Shown piece after piece: positions 26,435 to 34,887 of a stretch of 64,000 bases of DNA (positions are counted from its first letter, which is position 1; every line of letters starts with the position of its first letter). The DNA comes from Myxococcota bacterium (GTDB taxonomy: Bacteria > Myxococcota_A > UBA796 > CAJQPC01). The position numbers and the translations under genes are program-made. The DNA lies in the NCBI GenBank assembly GCA_036012755.1, contig DASCPX010000179.1:96001-160000 (forward strand), in the 5' to 3' direction. The notes under the pieces were generated by a model. It searched no databases and was not told the DNA's origin. It was given only the letters and a program-made list of their open reading frames with translations.

Positions 26435-27349
26435 ATGACCCTCTCTCCCGAGCTCCTGCTCGCTCTCGATGGCTGTGCCCAGCCCAGCCTCTCCACACCC
26501 ACGGAGAGCCCGACCGGGGGTGCCCTCATCGGCACCTCGGTTGATACCTGCGGATGCGACTCCATCGCGGACGAGCTCGCCGAGCTGCGAGACGAGATCG
26601 ACGAGATCGAAGACGGCGCCGAGCGAGCCGCGAAGAAGGCCTCGAGGACGTAGATGTCTCCACGATCGACGACGCCCGCGCGGCGCTCTCGACGCTGAAC
26701 GAGGCCCTCGCAGAGCTCGACGCAGAGCTCGACTCCATCACCGCCGAGCACGACATGCTGCTCGACGAAGAGGCAGAGATGCTCGAGCTCGCCGACTGTG
26801 ACATCGAGGGGAGCAAGCCTCTGGGGCGGACCGACGCCGACGCGGAGGCCTACCACGCCCTCGAGGCGAACATCGACGAGGGCATCGCGCTGAGCTCGAC
26901 CGGGCTCGACGCGACCATGCAGGTGGAGCGCCAGCTGAGGCGGATTCGGAAGCTCGCGGCGGCCTCTGCGGCGAGACGATGGACGACAACGAGCGCGAGT
27001 ACCTGCAGGAGGCGTACGTGGCCGCGGCGACAGAGATCGACCGCGTCGCCTGGGTCACCGCCTACAACGGAATCCGCCTGCTGACGGCACGACCATCATC
27101 CTCGGCGTCCAGACCGGCACGACCGACGACAGCTGGGCCCGAGTCACCGTGCGACTCGGGGACATGCGCTCGACCTTGCTCGGCGTCGACACGGCGAGCC
27201 TCGACCTGTCGAGCTCCATGGGGGCACAGGCGGCGCTGGACCCGGTCGACACGGCGCGCGACACGGTCGCCACCGACCGGGCGAGGCTGATGGCGGACCG
27301 CGGGACCCTGCTCGCGGAGAGGCAGCGCATCGAAGACCTGCTGGACTGA
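26435..27349 (+). pseudogene. Flagellin-like gene broken by three -1 frameshifts
   Basis: Joined frames give NIDEGIAL…LRRIRKLA…ETMDDNEREYLQ…EIDRVA…YNGIRLLDG…VQTG…LGV…AQAALD.VD.A…V…RARL (flagellin D1 pattern); shifts near 26630, 26970 and 27082. Confidence 0.75.
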
Positions 27350-28186
27350 TCAGCTGGTGGCGCGGACCTCTGCTATGAGGGCTTCCTCTTCCTGGTAGCG
27401 GGCGATGTTCGCCTCGATGAGCTCGTCCGGGTCGTAGCCCTTGTCCGTGAGGGCACCCCGGATGATCTGGTCCATGATCAGGAACTTGTCGTCGAGGAAG
27501 GTACCGACACGATCCGGGGGGTAGGTCGTGTGGAAGTCGAAGACGATGTCGAGACTGTGCTGGAAGCCGATGAGGCAGATGGGCTGGTAGCCCTGGTGCG
27601 AGCGGCGAGCGCCCCAACCGGCGTCGATGCCGTTGCGACGCAGGACCTCGCGCTCTTCTGGCTTGCCGACGCCGAGATCGAGCAGGGGGGCGTTGTAGCG
27701 CACCCCGTAGCGCTTGTAGAACTCGATGTTCTTGTCGCGGGTGACCGGCATGGACATCACGGCGTACTCGCCACCGACCGAGCTGCAGATGAAGGTGTTG
27801 GTGATGCCGCGCTCGAGATTGTAGAGGATGGTGTAGGTCCCCATCGACTCCTGGCATCCGAGACAGATGCACCAGTGACCACCGTACTTCAGCGTGTCGC
27901 GGATCCAACGGCTGGCCCCGATGCGGTCCCAGATCTTCGTGTGGTCGACGAGGTGGTGCTGGACGCGCAAGCCGAGCACCCGCTGGAGCTCCGGGGTGTG
28001 GCGCCGCGACCACTCGTTGAACAGCGCCGCGTAGTCGTGCTTGAAGGTCAAGAGGTGGATGCCACCGCGTCGATCCTCGCGCTGGTTGGTTCCGATGATG
28101 ATCGGCACCACGCAAGAGTCGAGGCCACCCGAATAGAGAACCGAGAAGTCCTTCAGCACCGCGTATTCGGCCATCGACAAGGGCAT
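27350..28186 (-). CDS. PP-loop (adenine nucleotide alpha-hydrolase) ATPase of unknown function
   Basis: VLYSGGLDS PP-loop; central CICLGC and C-terminal QPIC. Confidence 0.75.
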   Translation of the reverse strand: MPLSMAEYAVLKDFSVLYSGGLDSCVVPIIIGTNQREDRRGGIHLLTFKHDYAALFNEWSRRHTPELQRVLGLRVQHHLVDHTKIWDRIGASRWIRDTLKYGGHWCICLGCQESMGTYTILYNLERGITNTFICSSVGGEYAVMSMPVTRDKNIEFYKRYGVRYNAPLLDLGVGKPEEREVLRRNGIDAGWGARRSHQGYQPICLIGFQHSLDIVFDFHTTYPPDRVGTFLDDKFLIMDQIIRGALTDKGYDPDELIEANIARYQEEEALIAEVRATS

Positions 28187-28192
28187 GACCGG

Positions 28193-28198
28193 ATCCTA
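28193..28198 (-). promoter_or_regulatory. -10-like TAnnnT hexamer (leaderless start)
   Basis: TAGGAT-N6-ATG(28186). Confidence 0.5.
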
Positions 28199-28218
28199 CC
28201 GCCCCGTGATCGGTGCGA

Positions 28219-28224
28219 TAGGTT
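28219..28224 (+). promoter_or_regulatory. -10-like TAnnnT hexamer (leaderless start)
   Basis: TAGGTT-N6-ATG(28231). Confidence 0.5.
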
Positions 28225-28230
28225 GGGCCC

Positions 28231-28497
28231 ATGAGCCACGACCGCCAAGCCGCCAGCGCCGAGCTCCTCGAGTCCATCAGGGAGCGCATCCGAGAAGCCA
28301 TCCCAGGCGCCGACGTCGACGTGCACGGAGCCGGCGGCCACTTCGAGATCGAGGTCGTCTCGGCTGAGTTCGAAGGCAAGCGGACCCTGCAGAAGCACCG
28401 GATGGTGCTCCAGGCGATCGCGCCGTTGATGTCCGGCGCCAGCGCGCCCGTCCACGCCATCGACCGACTGTCGACGACCACGCCCAAGGAGACCTAG
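28231..28497 (+). CDS. BolA/IbaG family protein
   Basis: GHFEIEVVSAEFEGK…HRMV…VHAI motifs. Confidence 0.9.
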   Translation: MSHDRQAASAELLESIRERIREAIPGADVDVHGAGGHFEIEVVSAEFEGKRTLQKHRMVLQAIAPLMSGASAPVHAIDRLSTTTPKET

Positions 28498-30848
28498 ATC
28501 TCCACGGTCAGGCCCGCGAGGGCCCCGTCGAGGCGGCGCACCTCTGAGAGGACCTCTTCCTGGGTCAGGCTGCGCTCGGGGTGGTTGAACTCGAGCTCGA
28601 CGGTGACGCGCTTGCAGCCCTCTGGCACGCCGCGGCCGGCGTAGACGTCCCGCACGCTGTGGCGGACGAGGCGCTGGAGCCCGACCTCGGCGACCTGCTC
28701 CAGCAGGGTCGAGGCCAGATGCCGGGCAGGTGCCAGCACGTTGACGTGGATCTCGATCGACGGGAAGCGTGGCGGAGGCGTGAAGCGCGGCGTCTCCGGG
28801 ACCCCTGAGAGCAGGGCCTCGAAGTCCACGTGGAAGGCCGTGAAGGGTGCCCCGAGATCAAGCTCGGAGGCTAGGGTCGGGTGGAGCTCGCCCAGGAACC
28901 CGATGACCGCTCCCCCGCTGGTCAGCACAGCCTGCCGAGATGGATGGAAGCAGCGCGGCAGGCACCAGCCCGGGGCCGCGCCCAGCTCCACGCTCACCTC
29001 GACACCCAGCAGCCCCAGCGCGGCGAGCACCGCGTCACGGGCGGCGTAGAAGGCGCGGTCGAGGTCGCCCTCGGCCACGGCGCCGCTGAGGTGATGCCGC
29101 TCGACGAGCTGGCCGTCGACGCGACCGTAGATCTTCGCGATCTCGAAGAGCCTCACCGAAGAGAGGCTCTTCCGGTTCAGGCGCACCGCCTCGACGAGGT
29201 CGGGGAGACTGCTCGGACGGAAGAACCGGTAGTGCTCGACCAGGGGGTTCTTCAGCTCCAGGAGCGTCTCGAGGGGCAGCCCGTAGCGCTGGACCTCCGC
29301 ATCGCCGATCCACTGGCCGAGGTAGACCTCGTCGAAGCCGAGACCGGTGAGGGCCCGCCGGAGCGCGAAGCCCTTGGTGAACACCGGGTTGTCCCGGGGC
29401 GCGGCCAGCGGCGCCGTTGGCAGCTCGGCCACGACGTGCTCATAGCCGTGGATGCGCCCGACCTCCTCGTTGAGCGTCTCCTGGATGTCGATGTCCGGGC
29501 GGAAGTCCGGGACGAGCACGTTCCAGCTCTCGTCCACCTCGAAGCCGAGCTTCTCGAAGCGAGCGCGGATCAGCGCGTCAGGCACGTCCATGCCGATGCG
29601 GGCTCGCGCTTCGTCCGGAGAGAAGGCGACCGTGACCGCCTCTCGCGGCGAGGGCCATTCATCGACCGCAGCGCCGACACGCACGCTCGGGCCCCCGACC
29701 TCTGTCAGGAGCCTGGCCAGGCGAGCCGCGCCCCGGTGGACACCGCTCTCTGGGAGCCCCTTCTCGAAGCGCAGAGATGCCTCTGTGCGCAGCGCCAGCC
29801 GCCGCGAGCAGCGTCGAACGGTGAACATGTCGAAGGCCGCGGACTCGACGAGCACGTCGGTCGTGTCGTCGCCGATCTCGCTGTGGAGATCGCCCATGAC
29901 GCCGGCCAGCGCCACCGGCTCGTCCCCGTCGGTCACCAGCATGCACTCACTCGTCAGGCTGCGCTGCACACCGTCCAGCGTCGTGATGCTCTCGCCGTCG
30001 GTCGCCATGCGCAGCCCGATGACCCCGGTCTTCAGCTGGCGCCGGTCGAAGGTGTGGAGCGGCTGCCCCAGCTCGAGCATCGCCAGGTTGGCGGCGTCGA
30101 CGATGTTCGTGATGGGCCGCATGCCCAGCTTGCGGACGGCGTTCTGCAGCCACTGGGGCGAAGGGCCGACCTCCAGATCGTGGATCTGGAGAGCCAGGTA
30201 GCGGCTGCAGTTTTCCGTGCGGATGTCGATTGCGACGTCCTTCAACTGCGCCCAGTCGGTGGAGGCGGCCGGGGGCTCGTGGACGTCAGTGCCGAAGATG
30301 GCGGCCACGTCGCGGGCCATGCCGAGCAAGGAGTAGAGATCGGAGCGGTTGGGCTCCAGATCGAACTCCAGGACGACATCGTCGAGTTGCAGAGCGTCGA
30401 AGGGATCGGCGTCGTCCTCTACGTCGGGCCCGAAGCCCAGGGGGTGCGCCGCGTCGGCCCCGATGCCAGCTGTCGCCTCGCTGAGCAGCATGCCGTCAGA
30501 GGCGAGACCCTCGACCGGCCGAGCGAGGACCGGCTCGCCCAGCGGGGTCGTGGACCCTGCGAGCACCGCGGCGTAGCGCTGGCCGGCTAGCACACCGTGC
30601 TTGTTCCCCACGACGAGGTGGATCGACCCACCAGAGTGGGCCGCGAGCCAGCGATCGTAGTCGTCACCACTGTCGGCGACCTCGACGAGGCGGGCGATGA
30701 CGACGCCGACGAAGCTCTCCCGCGAGGGGAAGCGGTGGATGCCCTCGACCTCCGAGATTCGACCGTTCATCAGGTCGGCGAGCTCTTCGACGGACACCCC
30801 TGGAGGGATGTCGACGAGCTTGCCCAGGAGCGAGACGGGAACACGCAT
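28494..30848 (-). CDS. pheT: Phenylalanine--tRNA ligase beta subunit
   Basis: PNRSDL.S..GMARD, ELGQPLHTFD, EASLRFEKG, RPDI…EEVGRIHGY; C-terminal FDX-ACB domain. Confidence 0.95.
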   Translation of the reverse strand: MRVPVSLLGKLVDIPPGVSVEELADLMNGRISEVEGIHRFPSRESFVGVVIARLVEVADSGDDYDRWLAAHSGGSIHLVVGNKHGVLAGQRYAAVLAGSTTPLGEPVLARPVEGLASDGMLLSEATAGIGADAAHPLGFGPDVEDDADPFDALQLDDVVLEFDLEPNRSDLYSLLGMARDVAAIFGTDVHEPPAASTDWAQLKDVAIDIRTENCSRYLALQIHDLEVGPSPQWLQNAVRKLGMRPITNIVDAANLAMLELGQPLHTFDRRQLKTGVIGLRMATDGESITTLDGVQRSLTSECMLVTDGDEPVALAGVMGDLHSEIGDDTTDVLVESAAFDMFTVRRCSRRLALRTEASLRFEKGLPESGVHRGAARLARLLTEVGGPSVRVGAAVDEWPSPREAVTVAFSPDEARARIGMDVPDALIRARFEKLGFEVDESWNVLVPDFRPDIDIQETLNEEVGRIHGYEHVVAELPTAPLAAPRDNPVFTKGFALRRALTGLGFDEVYLGQWIGDAEVQRYGLPLETLLELKNPLVEHYRFFRPSSLPDLVEAVRLNRKSLSSVRLFEIAKIYGRVDGQLVERHHLSGAVAEGDLDRAFYAARDAVLAALGLLGVEVSVELGAAPGWCLPRCFHPSRQAVLTSGGAVIGFLGELHPTLASELDLGAPFTAFHVDFEALLSGVPETPRFTPPPRFPSIEIHVNVLAPARHLASTLLEQVAEVGLQRLVRHSVRDVYAGRGVPEGCKRVTVELEFNHPERSLTQEEVLSEVRRLDGALAGLTVEI

Positions 30849-30876
30849 AAGCCTTCCAGCGAGGCCCCGTCTCTAA

Positions 30877-31200
30877 TCACATCTCGAGGGCCAGGCGCAG
30901 GAGAATGCCGACGGCGAACTGGATGGCGAAGCCGATCTTCGCCCCCTTCTTGGTCTCGGCCCCCTTCGCGATGGCGAGCACCAGGATGGCGCCGATGCAG
31001 CCGCCGAAGAAGCCTGCGAGGAAGCCACCCCAGAACGTGCCTTCGACGACCGCCGCCTCCTCGAGGCCGTCCGCCTGGTCGATCGCGACATTGTCGCTGC
31101 ACTCCTCACAGATCAGCCCGTCACCGCTGTAGGTCCCGGTGGCAGGATCGAGTGGGCCGTTGCATCGGGGGCAGGTCTCGCCCTTCTGTTGGATTTCCAT
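30877..31200 (-). CDS. Small zinc-ribbon membrane protein
   Basis: CPRC…CEEC followed by two TM helices. Confidence 0.7.
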   Translation of the reverse strand: MEIQQKGETCPRCNGPLDPATGTYSGDGLICEECSDNVAIDQADGLEEAAVVEGTFWGGFLAGFFGGCIGAILVLAIAKGAETKKGAKIGFAIQFAVGILLRLALEM

Positions 31201-31206
31201 TTCGGC

Positions 31207-31212
31207 AGTCTA
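31207..31212 (-). promoter_or_regulatory. -10-like TAnnnT hexamer (leaderless start)
   Basis: TAGACT-N6-ATG(31200). Confidence 0.5.
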
Positions 31213-31217
31213 CACCT

Positions 31218-31565
31218 TCAGGGGCACGCGCCCTGGGCGAGAGCCTCCCAACCACAGCGTTCAACCCGCTTGAGCCAGGCCTTGACCTCGCTGCGGCTGG
31301 CCTCGACCAGCGGCGAATTGGGCACCCCCCGCCCGGTAAGCCACGACCCGAAGGCACCCGCGGCCGCGGCGTCGGTCAGGGCCTCGATCTCCGCAAATCG
31401 GAAGAGCGCCGCTGCCTGGGCGGCGAGGAAGTCCAGCTGCTCCTTCTTGCGGGCCTCGTTGCCACGGTGGATCGGGATCATCACGGCGGGGTCGCTGGTG
31501 TTGGGAGAGGTCGTCACCATGACCAGGGTCGTCGCCCGCTCGGCGAGCACCACGTTCGCGCGCCT
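31218..31565 (-). pseudogene. 3' fragment of a paralog of the 32057-33526 protein
   Basis: EQLDFLAAQAAALFRF…ALTD.AA…RVERC.GW aligns by eye with EQLDFLAANIAAAFRF…ALTDMAA…RARRC..GW; in-frame TGA at 31571-31569 bounds it upstream. Confidence 0.75.
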
Positions 31566-32052
31566 CGATCACGAAGGGCGGCCCTTCCGCCTCGGGCGCT
31601 ACAGCGACTCCTGGGTGGTGGTGGGCTTCGTCTACACCCACTGCCAGTCTCCGACGGCGTGCCCGCTGACGATGAGCCGGATGGCGGGCGTGCAGAAGCT
31701 CTGGGACGAGGAGGAGGCAGAGGACCGCACCGGCGGGGTGGACCTGCTGCTGCTCACGCTCACCTTCGACGCCGCCCGGGACGGCCCGGATGCGCTGAAG
31801 GCCTACGGGGAGATGTTCGGCGCGGACTTCGGCTCGTGGACGCTGGCGACAGGCCCCGACGAGCTGATGAACGACGCCCTGCCCGCGCTCTTCGGCGTCC
31901 TGGCGCTGACCTTCTCCGGCGGCCAGATCAGCCACAGCGTGAAGGTCGCGCTGTTGAAGCCTGGCCTGGAGCTGGCGGCGGAGTGGCCCGACAACGCCTT
32001 CGAGCCAGCGGATGTCGTCGCCGAGATCCTCGAACCAGAGGGCGACCCCTGA
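31564..32052 (+). pseudogene. SCO1/SenC family copper chaperone, 5'-truncated
   Basis: LDHEGRPF…FVYTHCQSPTACP…LTFD..RD.P..L..Y…WTLATG…HS; signal/anchor region missing (in-frame ATG at 31519 lies inside the opposite-strand fragment). Confidence 0.7.
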
Positions 32053-32056
32053 ACGA

Positions 32057-33526
32057 TCAGCAGCGCCACTCGGCGAGGCCGATCCAGCCATCGTCGCAGC
32101 GACGAGCGCGCTTGACGTAGTCACGGATGAGCTCACGCTCCGCGGCGACATAGGGCTGGCCGACCACGGGTGTCCTGGTCGTGATCCAGGCAAAGGCGGC
32201 GCTGGCGGCCATGTCCGTGAGCGCCGGCTCGAAGCCGAAGCGGAAGGCTGCAGCGATGTTGGCTGCGAGGAAGTCCAGCTGCTCCAGCTCGCCCGCGGAG
32301 CGGATCACCGAAGCGGGGACCTCGACGGTGACGGGACCCTTCATGTCACCGAAGCGGGCCAGGTGCGAGTAGCGATCGCGCAGCTCGATCCCTGCCCTTC
32401 GCGGCGCTGCTCCGAAGTCCTCCTCCAGCAGGTCGAAGAACTCGAGCAGGTGGGTGTCGAACTCCGCCAGGGGCTCCGCGAGCCCCCCCGTGAGATCCCG
32501 CAGCGTGTAGCGCTCGTGGACCCTGCACAGAGGGTTGGGGACGAGGTCCTCGACGCCGTCCGACTCCACCGCGAACCACATGCCGCCGGGGTGCTCGGCG
32601 TGGTTGGGGGACATCCGCACCCCTCGCTTCAGGGTCGAGTCGGGCCAGCGCTCGCCAGCGGTGTCGTGCCCGTGCAGGTTCCCTCCGCCGTGCAGATCGA
32701 TGCGCTCGGCACCGGGCGGTCGCCAGGGGGAGCACACGACCGACCCATCGCGGGGAATGACGATGGCGTGGTCCGGATACCCCGTCGAGCCATCCCACCA
32801 GCCGTCGCCGTCGGTGTCCCAGCTGTAGGGGTCCGTGCCGCCCAGCGTCTCGTAGAGCGTCGTCAGCCCATCCCGATCCGGATCGCCGAGGGCGGCCCTC
32901 TGGCTCCGCACATCGAAGAGCGCCTCCAGCACCAGCAGGCCTCCGTCCCTGGCGCGGAGCTCCTCGTAGAGAGCCTCCGTGCTGTCGAGGTCGGCCCAGA
33001 AACGCTCCGGGGGAATGACCAGACCGATGGCCTCGAAGAGCCGCTGGGAGTTGACGTAGTAGGCCTCGACCTCGGCGGAGCTGAGCTCGTCGAATGAGTC
33101 CACCGCGGAGGTCCAGGTCCGTATGTCGTCAGGCAGGGGCGGCTGTCCGCCCCAGTGACGGAAGCGCACGTGATCGGGAATGCGCTCGGCCACACAGAGG
33201 GCCAGAAGCTCCGCGCGGCCCTCGACCATCCAGGCGTCAGCCCCATGGATCCAGGCGTGTGAGACCTCGTGAGCGAGCACGGCGTTGTCCGCCTCGGGCC
33301 GTAGGTGCAGCTCCACCAGCCCCGCCGAGATGGTGGTGTCCGCAGCCCCGTCAGGTCCCTCCGGATCGACGAGATCACGGTAGATCGGCACCTCTGCTGC
33401 GGCCATCGGCGTGCGACCGCTGCAAGCTTCGGCCGCAGCCCAGGCCGCCGTGGCGACCTCCACGTCCTCTGGCCGGTCCGCGGTGAAGACCGGCACGGCG
33501 AGCGCGGTTCCGAAAAGGGCGAGCAT
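32057..33526 (-). CDS. Secreted gluzincin-like metallopeptidase with TSP3-like calcium-binding repeat
   Basis: MLALFGTALA signal; LAHEVSHAW…WMVEGRAE; DPDRDGL…E…GTDP…DTDGDG. Confidence 0.75.
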   Translation of the reverse strand: MLALFGTALAVPVFTADRPEDVEVATAAWAAAEACSGRTPMAAAEVPIYRDLVDPEGPDGAADTTISAGLVELHLRPEADNAVLAHEVSHAWIHGADAWMVEGRAELLALCVAERIPDHVRFRHWGGQPPLPDDIRTWTSAVDSFDELSSAEVEAYYVNSQRLFEAIGLVIPPERFWADLDSTEALYEELRARDGGLLVLEALFDVRSQRAALGDPDRDGLTTLYETLGGTDPYSWDTDGDGWWDGSTGYPDHAIVIPRDGSVVCSPWRPPGAERIDLHGGGNLHGHDTAGERWPDSTLKRGVRMSPNHAEHPGGMWFAVESDGVEDLVPNPLCRVHERYTLRDLTGGLAEPLAEFDTHLLEFFDLLEEDFGAAPRRAGIELRDRYSHLARFGDMKGPVTVEVPASVIRSAGELEQLDFLAANIAAAFRFGFEPALTDMAASAAFAWITTRTPVVGQPYVAAERELIRDYVKRARRCDDGWIGLAEWRC

Positions 33527-33645
33527 GTTCCAGAGGATCGCACGGATCGGACGATGAAATGTTCCAGCGATGAAATGTCCGTCCCTCGTCGCGCTGCGCG
33601 CAGGATCTGCACGAACCGCCTGCGCCCGGCGCGGTCCCACCCCTC

Positions 33646-34296
33646 ATGCTGCTGTTGTCCCTCGCCTGCACCGACGCCAACCTCGCCTTCAAGATCCAGC
33701 AGGTCGAGGCCGCCCCGCTCCTCGAGGACTACGAGGCCGTCCTTGCCCACCTCGAGGCGGATCGCCTGGCGATGGCCGAGCGAGGTGCTACCGCCGAAGA
33801 GGCCCGCGAGCGCGTCCTGAGCGCCCTGCGCGACGACATCTGGCCCGCCTGGTACGGAACGACCTGGGGCTTCTACGGCACCACCCAGACCCCTCGCGAA
33901 GGGCAGATCGCCTGCGGCTACTTCGTCAGCACGACCCTGGAGGACGCGGGCTTCCAGGTGGAGCGCGTGAAGCTCGCACAGCAGGCCAGCAAGAAGATCG
34001 TCCAGACCTTCTCGGAGCAGGACGTGACCACCTGGGGGCGCTCCAACGACGCAGTGCTCGACCGCCTCGAGCCGGGGCTGAACCTCGTCGGCCTCGACTA
34101 CCACGTGGCCTTCCTCGACGTGCGCGAGGACGACGTCTACATGTGCCACAGCTCGGTGCTGGAGCCGGTGAGCGTGGTCTGCGAGCCAGCCGCCACTGCA
34201 GAGGCCCTGGACTCGAACGTGCACGTGACGGGTCCGGTGCTGACCGACGAGGTCATGAAGAAGTGGCTGGCCGGCGAGCCGATCCCTACCCGCTGA
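33646..34296 (+). CDS. Lipoprotein with papain/NlpC-like Cys-His pattern
   Basis: MLLLSLAC; WYGT.W.F.G…IACGYFVSTTL…VGLDYHV…HSS. Confidence 0.7.
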   Translation: MLLLSLACTDANLAFKIQQVEAAPLLEDYEAVLAHLEADRLAMAERGATAEEARERVLSALRDDIWPAWYGTTWGFYGTTQTPREGQIACGYFVSTTLEDAGFQVERVKLAQQASKKIVQTFSEQDVTTWGRSNDAVLDRLEPGLNLVGLDYHVAFLDVREDDVYMCHSSVLEPVSVVCEPAATAEALDSNVHVTGPVLTDEVMKKWLAGEPIPTR

Positions 34297-34825
34297 CCAA
34301 CATCCCGGCGCGGAGCTCGTCGGCCTTGCCGCGCCCCACCAGCCGCGAGACCAGCGCCATCGCGAAGTCCATCGCTGTCCCTGGTCCCCTCGCGGTGATG
34401 ACGTGGCCGTCCTCGACCACGGCCTCCTCGCGCCGGTTGGCGCCGGTGAGCTCCTCCTCGAAGCCCGGGTAGCAGGTCGCGTCCCGACCCTCGAGGACGC
34501 CCGCGGCGCCCAGCACGATCGGGGCAGCACAGATGGCCGCGATGACGCGCCCGGCCGCTGACTGGGCCTGCACGAGCTCCCTGACCTTCTCGCTGTCTCG
34601 CAGGGTCGTCGCACCGGGTAGCCCCCCGGGCAGGATCACCGCGTCCCACAGCCCGTCGCCGCCGAGCACGTGGTCCGCCTGGACGACGACTCCATGAGCC
34701 CCCTGGACCCAGGGCGCGTGGACGCCCACGGCGCTGACCTCGATGCCGGCACGTCTCAACACGTCGATCACGGTGATGGCCTCGATCTCCTCGAAGCCGT
34801 CTGCGAGGAGCACGCACGCGCGCAT
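34286..34825 (-). CDS. DJ-1/PfpI (YajL/ThiJ) family protein
   Basis: DGFEEIE, DVLRRA, LPGG, AICAAP, TCYP and RGPGTA motifs. Confidence 0.92.
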   Translation of the reverse strand: MRACVLLADGFEEIEAITVIDVLRRAGIEVSAVGVHAPWVQGAHGVVVQADHVLGGDGLWDAVILPGGLPGATTLRDSEKVRELVQAQSAAGRVIAAICAAPIVLGAAGVLEGRDATCYPGFEEELTGANRREEAVVEDGHVITARGPGTAMDFAMALVSRLVGRGKADELRAGMLVSG

Positions 34826-34875
34826 TGGACCTCCGGTCCCCGCAGAACCCTACCGCGATACGGCCTCGCGCGGGC

Positions 34876-34881
34876 TACCCT
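34876..34881 (+). promoter_or_regulatory. -10-like TAnnnT hexamer (leaderless start)
   Basis: TACCCT-N6-ATG(34888). Confidence 0.5.
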
Positions 34882-34887
34882 CGTCCA

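Noticed and set aside
27350..28186. Calling the PP-loop protein queC
   Set aside because: It lacks the QueC VP.RN and C-terminal Cys zinc motifs; queD is 10 kb away
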